NCBI GenBank assembly: GCA_964016885.1
Contig: OZ024756.1
Coordinates: 43,586,001-43,650,000, forward strand
DNA length: 64,000 nucleotides
Reading direction: 5' to 3'
Origin: Eledone cirrhosa
Lineage: Eukaryota
Shown: positions 56,900 through 64,000 of the stretch, piece after piece
Numbering within the stretch: the stretch's first letter is position 1
Layout: each line of letters opens with the position of its first letter
Made by a program: the position numbers and the translations under genes
The notes under the pieces: model-generated
Database searches by the model: none
Seen by the model: only the letters and a program-made list of their open reading frames with translations
What the model was told of the DNA's origin: nothing

Positions 56900-58120
56900 T
56901 GACACAGAAGCAGGGTAAATGCAATGAGGAACAAGATGTATATGACAATAACTACACACCCGCTAATGACACCCAATCCAACAAAGGGGTCAGTTCTACA
57001 ACTCAGCAGTGACATAGTAAGACAATTGAGGATACAAAGACAGACAAATCAAGTGGACTACCGGGCCTAGTTGTTGAGATGCTGCAAGCACCTTGGATGG
57101 TAGGTCACATCATAACTAATTGTATCATAAACCAAGTAATACAAAGTAATGTCATACCCAATGACTGGTGTAGCTGGAGCATAGACAACTACTACATAAG
57201 CAAAGGATGGGCTCTAGACAGAGAACAATATAGAAGTAACAAGTTGAGGAACCAGGACATGAAACTTACAGAAAGAGTTATCATGTTGCTGATTAGGGAC
57301 CAAATTAAACCAAAGAGGATACAGTTCAGATTTATGCCAAGTAAACATATTACTGATGTCCTCTTCTTTGTGAGGCAAATGCAGGTAAAGTACCTAGCTA
57401 AACATAAGCCTCTACATGGCATTTGTTGACCTGAAGAAAGTATTTTACAAAGTCCTTCATTCATTAATCTGGTGGGCTGTTAGAAAACTAGGGGTAAATG
57501 AGAGACTTCTGAGGGTGGTATAAGCCATGTATTAACAATTATTATAGTGAAGAATTTAGTGTGTAAATGTGGGTTCTTCAAGGGACTGTTCATAGCCCTC
57601 CCCTTCTTTATTATTATTATCTTGCAGGCTATAACAGAATAGTTTAAGACTGAGTGCCCATGGGAAATCCTATATGCTGATTATCTAACTCTCATTAGCT
57701 GAAATTATGGCAGAAATAGAGAACAAAATTCATACTCTAGAAGTAAAAGGTCATAAAGTCAACTAGGCAAAGACTAACTTACTAGTAATTAGAAAGGAAA
57801 GACTAAACTTTTAGTAATTAGAAAGGAAAAGAAGGTCCTGATAGCTTCGGGGAGTAATCTTGCTTAATGTACAGGAGATGAATGAGTAGAAATTCTATCC
57901 TGTGTTCCAAATGATGACTATAGGTATACAAGTGATGTAATATGATCTCAGACAGCCTAACAAAGATGTAGGTTTTATAAGTGGTTGATAAATAGGAGCA
58001 GTTAACAGTAAGGGCTCACGGACAACAAGCTCTATTAGATAGTCAGAGGACTCCATAGAAGTAGTTGATAGCTTCTGTTACCTGCATGACTAAATTAGCA
58101 GTGGAGGTGTGTGTTTTGAA
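56900..58120 (+). mobile_element. Decayed RTE LINE fragment (largely deleted in paralog 1)
   Basis: IPNDWC, KG.ALDR, QFRFMP and RQMQVKYLAK, similar to the element at 62131-63953. Confidence 0.75.
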
Positions 58121-58955
58121 AGTAGAGAAATATAACACTGACACAAAGACTCACACACACACTATAGAGAAACATAACACTGACACAAAGACTCACACAC
58201 ACACTATAGAGAAACATTACATTACACACACACACACTATAGAGAGATGTTACATACACACACTATAGAGAAACATTACACTACACACAAACTAGAGAGA
58301 GATATTGGACACACACACACTATAGTGAAACATTACATTACACATACATACTATAGAGAAATATTACACACATACACACGCAAAACTTTAGATTTCATAT
58401 ACACACTATAGTGAAATAATACACACACACAATATAGAGAAAGATACATACAAAGACAGAGGAAACATTACATTACGCAGACACATACACACATATATAC
58501 ATACATACACACACATACAAACAGTCACACATACACATACACACATATATACATACATACACACACATACAAACAGTCACACATACACATACACACAGAT
58601 ATACATATATACACACACATACAAACAGTCATACATACACATACACACATATATACATACATACACACATACACAGTCATACATACACATACACACAGAT
58701 ATACATACATACACACACATACAAACAGTCACACATACACATATACATACATACACACACATACAAACAGTCATACATACACATACACATATATATACAT
58801 ACATACACACACATGCAAACAGTCACACATACACACATACATACATGTGCACACACATATATATATAATATAGATAACATTAAAAACAATAAGTATTTCT
58901 AACTGAAATGAAACAACAAAAGTGATGACTAATGAGAAAATGGAATAAAACTTAC

Positions 58956-59279
58956 TTTTTACAGACTTTGGTGGGGATGTTTCCTTATTTGTGGCACATT
59001 GAAAAGTTGTTGCATCTTCGCAATTAGGGTTATTTTTCCAACACTGATACTCTCCATTCCATCCCTTATATGCTGGTATTTTACAGTCAAAACCAGATGT
59101 AACTACTCCTCTCTGAAATCCACCTGTACCTTTGTTGTAATTCCATTGTATAACCTGAGTTCCATTTCGTAGGAGTTTCAAGACAGTTACCAAATTTAAT
59201 CCACTAATTACCTTACATGTTATATTTATTCTAGCTGATCCAACTTCAAATGCAGGTGATATAGATTTGATTGATACCC
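58956..59279 (-). CDS. IgSF paralog 2, Ig-like domain 1 exon (324 nt, phase 1-1)
   Basis: CAG|GVSIKSISPAFEVGSARINITCKVISG...GFDCKIPAYKGWNGEYQCWKNNPNCEDATTFQCATNKETSPPKSVK|GTAAGT. Confidence 0.85.
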
Positions 59280-59459
59280 CTGTATATTAAATATGGAAGA
59301 GGAGAAAATGTTTAGACAAAGATTTATTTTAAAAATAACATATATAATGGCAGGTAGAGAACAACTAAGACAGAGAAGAAAACAATAATAATAGGAAAAG
59401 GAGAGAAAATACAGTTGTGAATTATAAAATAAGGAGGAGAGAAAGAAATCTGAAGATGA

Positions 59460-60430
59460 TAAAAGAGAAAGAATAAGAAGAAGATAAAAGAAGAAAAAGA
59501 AGCAGAAAAAGAAAAAAAAAAAGAAGATAAAAGAAGAAAAAGAAGATAAAAGAAGAAGAAGAAAGAGAAGAAAAAAACAAAGAAGATAAAAGAAAAAGAA
59601 GAAGAAGAAGATAAAATAAGAAGAAGATAAAAGAAGAAGAACATAAAAGAAGAAAAAGAAGAAGCAGAAGAAGATAAAAGAAGAAGAAAAAGAAGAAAAA
59701 GAAGAAAAAGAAGAAAGAGAAGAAAAGGAAGAAGAAGAAGATAAAGGAAGAAAAAGAAGAATAAGAAAAAGATAAAAGAAGAAAAAGAAGAAGATAAAAG
59801 AAGAAGAAAAAGTAGAAGAAAAAAGAAGATAAAACAAAAAGAAGCAGAAAAAGAAGAAAAAAGAAGATAAAAGAAGAAGAAAAAGATAAAAGAAGAAGAA
59901 AGAGAAGAAAAAGAAGAAGAAAGAGAAGAAGAAAAGGAATAAGAAGAAAAAGAAGAAAAAGAAGATAAAAGAAGAAGAAGATAAAAGAAAAAGAAGATAA
60001 AAGAAGATAAAAGAAGAAGAAAAAGATAAAAGAAGAAAAAGAAGATAAAAGAAGATAAAAGATAAAAGAAAAAGAAGAAAAAGAAGATAAAAGAAGAAAG
60101 AGAAGAAAAAGAAGAAAAAGAAGAAAAAGAAGAAAAAGAAGAAAGAGAAGAAAAGGAAGAAGAAGAAGATAAAGGAAGAAAAAGAAGAATAAGAAAAAGA
60201 TAAAAGAAGAAAAAGAAGAAGAAAAAAGAAGAAGAACATAAAACAAGAAAAAGAAGAAGCAGAAAAAGAAGAAAAAAGAAGATAAAGGAAGAAGAAAAAG
60301 ATAAAAGAAGAAGAAAGAGAAGAAAAAGAAGAAGAAAGAGAAGAAGAAAAGGAATAAGAAGATAAAAGAAGAAAAAGAAGAAAAAGATAAAAGAAGAAAA
60401 ATAAGAGAAAAGAAGATAAAAGAAGAAAAA
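59460..60430. repeat. ~970-bp purine-rich (GAA/GAAAAA/GATAAAA) compound microsatellite
   Basis: Almost pure A/G on the + strand. The paralogous site (~25730-25753) has only a few GAA units. Confidence 0.95.
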
Positions 60431-60840
60431 AGTCGGCTAGAGCTTCCTGTATATGGGCTGCTGTTATCGGCTTTTCGCAGCCCTGAACTTCTGGCACCAA
60501 CACTTGTGGCAGGCCATCAAGGTAGGAACAATAGTTTGCTACTGACACCCCACCCCATCCCTTGCCCTGAACTGCCATGGAAAATGTTGCTGAAAAGCCA
60601 CACATATCAATCTGGAATCGACCAGTATGTGCCCATCTCGGTACCTCAAAGACCAAATGAGTAACTGGGTCCTTGTCTACAGGTTCTATCTAACACAACC
60701 ATGCAGATCACAAATTTGTGGTGTGAATAGGCAAATTATGCCTAGGATTTTCTCAATCTTCCCTGGTTTGATACGGTGAAGTGTTTCTAGACTGATCCCA
60801 GACCAGTTCTCCTTTCAAGTCTTCTTTACTTCAAGGTGAC
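60431..60840 (-). mobile_element. Decayed Tx1-family fragment
   Basis: NYCSYLDGLPQV...CEKPITAAHIQEAL resembles DFRFYLDGVPRL...CKRPITA in the Tx1 at ~34490-34560. Confidence 0.65.
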
Positions 60841-61024
60841 CGCAGAGTACAAAAGCTTTGTTTTTGTAGGATACTAAGATGTAAAAATTTACAGTATTAG
60901 AGTAAAGATTTTAATTTTTAATGTGATGCAGTCATAGCGTTGTTTTGTGTTATTGAGGAATATCTTGATGTGGTATAGGATATTGACTGTCAATGGAAAT
61001 ATTTATGAAATGAAGTTCACTTAC

Positions 61025-61066
61025 CTGCAGTATCAACAACAGGTGCTTGTGTTGCTAGTATGCTAA
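61025..61066 (-). CDS. Candidate 42-nt symmetrical micro-exon of paralog 2 ((V)SILATQAPVVDTA)
   Basis: Strong polypyrimidine tract and TAG acceptor, G|GTAAGT donor, phase 1-1, open frame. Confidence 0.55.
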
Positions 61067-62088
61067 CTACATAAGACAACATAAAAAAAGAAAAAAGAAC
61101 CATGCAGAAATCATGCAACTCCATGCACTGTATAGAGCAATAATGTAACAATTTAACATTTTTATTTTCAATTTTATTTTTAACTACATTTTGAAATTGC
61201 AATGCAAAATATATAAAAGGTATTTTCAAGAAAGTTTTGACTTCGTAATAAATTTACATCTGATGATAAAAATGTGAGAGGAAGGTGAATGCAGATCTAG
61301 AAAAAATATTAAAATTAGATCAGAAACTTAAATCAATATTTTAAATGTCATTAGAAGTAAATGAATTACAAATGAATTCTTTCCTAAATATTTAATTGGA
61401 ATTCAAGTTCATTGTATATTTTTTCAGATTATATAAACTTCATTTATTGCTTAATTTTTCAATTTGTATTTTAAATCGGTAATTCAAGATTTTATTATTT
61501 TTTCCAGGTAGGTGACTATAAACACTATATATATGTATGTGTGTGTGTATATATATATATATATACACACAGTTGTTCCCTGGGATTCGTGGGAGGTTAT
61601 GTTCCTAGATCACTCATGAAGAGAGAAAAACTGCGAATATTGGACGTGGTTCATAAAAATGACCACAAACAACAAAATATAACGTAAAGTATAATAAGAG
61701 GGGCCAGCAAATATGGTAAATTGTTACTAATAATTTAGCATTAAAAATATATATATTGCCACAAAAATTTCGCGAAAGATTTACGATTCTGTGAATATGT
61801 TGTGGCTTCCACAAACAATTAGGTTCTAAGGAAAATCCAGAGAATGTCGGGAGTACACTGTGTGTGTGTGTGTGTGTATGTATATGTATATGTGTGTGTG
61901 TGTATGTATGTGCAGTAGAAGAAGACTACGAAAAACATGTGCGGAGGTTGTGAGAGCAGACCTCAGATCGCTGACACTCACGGAGGAGATGACGAAGGAC
62001 TGTGACAAGTGGAATGCTGTGCTGAATAGGGCAAGTCCCACCCTTGCAAACAGGGAAAAGCGGACGTAAAATGATGATGATGATGATG

Positions 62089-62119
<31 letters not shown>

Positions 62120-62130
62120 CATATCAAAGA

Positions 62131-63953
62131 TATGAAGACAGGTAAGGCGACTGGGCCTTCGGAAATAGTTGCTGAAATGCTGAAAGCATCTGGAACGGTG
62201 GGACACACTATGGTCACCCGGATAGTAAACCAAGTCATACAGAATGGGGCCATTCCGAAGGACTGGTGTAGCAGCATCATCATTAACTGCTACAAGGGTA
62301 AAGGAGATGCCCTAGATAGGGGTAACTATAGAGGCATTAAATTAATCGACCAGGTCACAAAGGTCACAGAAAAAGTAATAGCGCAACTAATCAGAGAACG
62401 AATTGATCTAGATGAAATGCAGTTCGGGTTTGTGTCAGGTAAAAGTACCACAGACGATCTTTTCATTGTATGACAACTACAGGAGAAGTACCTAGCTAAA
62501 AGTAAACCCCTATACTTAGCTTTTGTTGACTTGGAGAAAGCCTTTGACAGAGTCCCCCGCTCCATTATCTGGTGGGCGCTTCGAAAACTAGGTGTTGATG
62601 AATGGCTTGTGAGAGCTATACAAGCCATGTATAAAGAAACAGTCAGCAAGGTTAGAATTAACAATGAATATAGTGAAGAGTTTAGCGTAAAAGTTGGTGT
62701 TCATCACGGCTCCGTTCTTAGCCCCTTACTATTTATTATTGCCCTTCAGGCTATAACAGAGGAGTTCAAGACCGGCTGCCCATGGGAACTCCTATATGCA
62801 GATGATCTAACGCTCATAAATGAATCAATGGTCGAACTAGAGAAGAAATTCCAAACATGGAAGCATGGCCTAGAATCAAAAGGCCTTAAAGTTAACTTGT
62901 CTAAGACTAAAGTTCTAGTTTGTAGGAAGGAAAATAGGGCACCGGTCCCATCTGGGAAATGGCCATGCTCAGTGTGTAGGAAAGGAGTAGGCAGAAACTC
63001 CATTTTATGTCCCAAATGCAAAGTATGGGTGCATAAAAGATGTAGTGGGATCACAGGTAAGCTAACTAAGAATATAGATTTTATATGTGGCCGGTGCTCT
63101 GGTGCAATAAGTAGCAGCAAGTGCCCACAGAATATTAGCTCATTCCACTGCACAGATGGTTCTATAAAAATCGTGGACACCTTCCGTTACCTGCATACGA
63201 ACAGCAATGTTACATGGCAGTGAGACCTGGGCATTGTGTGCAGAGGATATACGCAGACTGGAGAGAAACGAAGCTTGCATGCTCCGCTGGATGTGAACAG
63301 CAAAAGCATAAATGAACTAAGGGAGAAATTAGGAATAAGAGGGATCAGATGTTGTTTACTCGAGAGAAGACTATGTTGGTATGGTCACGTGATGTGCATG
63401 AAAGACGACAGCTGTATGAAAAAGTGCAGGGCGATCAAATTAGATGGTAGCTACGGAGTAGGCAGACCCAGAAATTCCGACCTCACACACTTACACCGCT
63501 CCAAGACAATGTCACTGGACCGAGATCTTTGGTGCTACACAGTTATACAGAAGACCTGCTTTGCCTAAGTACAAAGCGAAACCTACAGTCAGTAGGCAAC
63601 CCTAACAAAATACACCCCCGTCCCACTACCCCCACCCGATCCACACCACCCCTTTCAATGTGAAGTTATGTTGGTACCACAACATCCAGTCCGAAACAAA
63701 TGAGGTCGTGTAGGTGTCACGACAAAAAAAAACACACAGTCCACGCTGTAATGTGGCCGTGTAGGTAACACGGTAAAAACCTCCCAGTCCACACTGTAAA
63801 CATGGTTGGTGTTAGGAAGGGCATCCAGCCATAGAAAACCCACCAGACAGTCCTATACGAGCAGGACAACCAATCTTGCCTAAAGTGGGAAAACTCCCAT
63901 CCAAACCCATGCAAGCGTGGAAGATGGACGTTAAACGATGATGATGATGATGA
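62131..63953 (+). mobile_element. RTE-clade LINE, 5'-truncated, with RT and a PHD-like Cys cluster
   Basis: KATGPS, NYRGIKL, QFGF, DLEKAFDRVPR, GSVLSPLLF, LLYADDL and CSVC...CPKC..WVHKRC...CGRC. One premature stop. (GAT)n tail. Confidence 0.9.
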
Positions 63954-64000
63954 CATACACACATATATATATATACACACATATATAGACACCTGTGAAT

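Noticed and set aside
59226-60656. 476-aa Phe/Ser/Leu-rich ORF as a membrane protein
   Set aside because: It is the reverse complement of the GAA-rich microsatellite fused to a Tx1 fragment.
61025-61124. MELHDFCMVLFSFFMLSYVVSILATQ... as the signal-peptide exon of paralog 2
   Set aside because: The hydrophobic part is better explained as a polypyrimidine tract plus acceptor, and a different conserved leader exon exists at 10596 and 38591. Not fully excluded.

Overview
AT-rich, microsatellite-dense animal genomic DNA, most likely from an octopod cephalopod (inferred from the tRNA-derived Nin/Deu-domain SINE, RTE, Penelope and Tx1 repertoire). The window is a tandem segmental duplication with a period of about 28-34 kb. 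It carries three consecutive minus-strand copies of one multi-exon gene for a roughly 306-aa type I membrane protein: signal peptide, two Ig-like domains, TM helix and short Cys-containing tail. One copy is complete (38711->18770), one contributes only its leader exon (10596-10716) and one lacks its leader (61066->52676). Leader exons are identical and flanking introns nearly so, while Ig exon 1 is only about 53% identical in protein and every changed codon in Ig exon 2 is non-synonymous, which suggests a receptor array under diversifying selection. Intron 1 of the complete gene holds a head-to-head array of apparently identical 465-bp monomers, each with a perfect minimal hammerhead ribozyme (retrozyme-like). 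The window also has several Penelope-like elements with other hammerheads (including a U3-A8 core variant), Helitrons (one with a spliced STPR-like mini-gene), a non-coding LTR element, Tx1, CR1 and RTE LINE fragments, SINEs and MITEs. All alignments and counts were done by eye.
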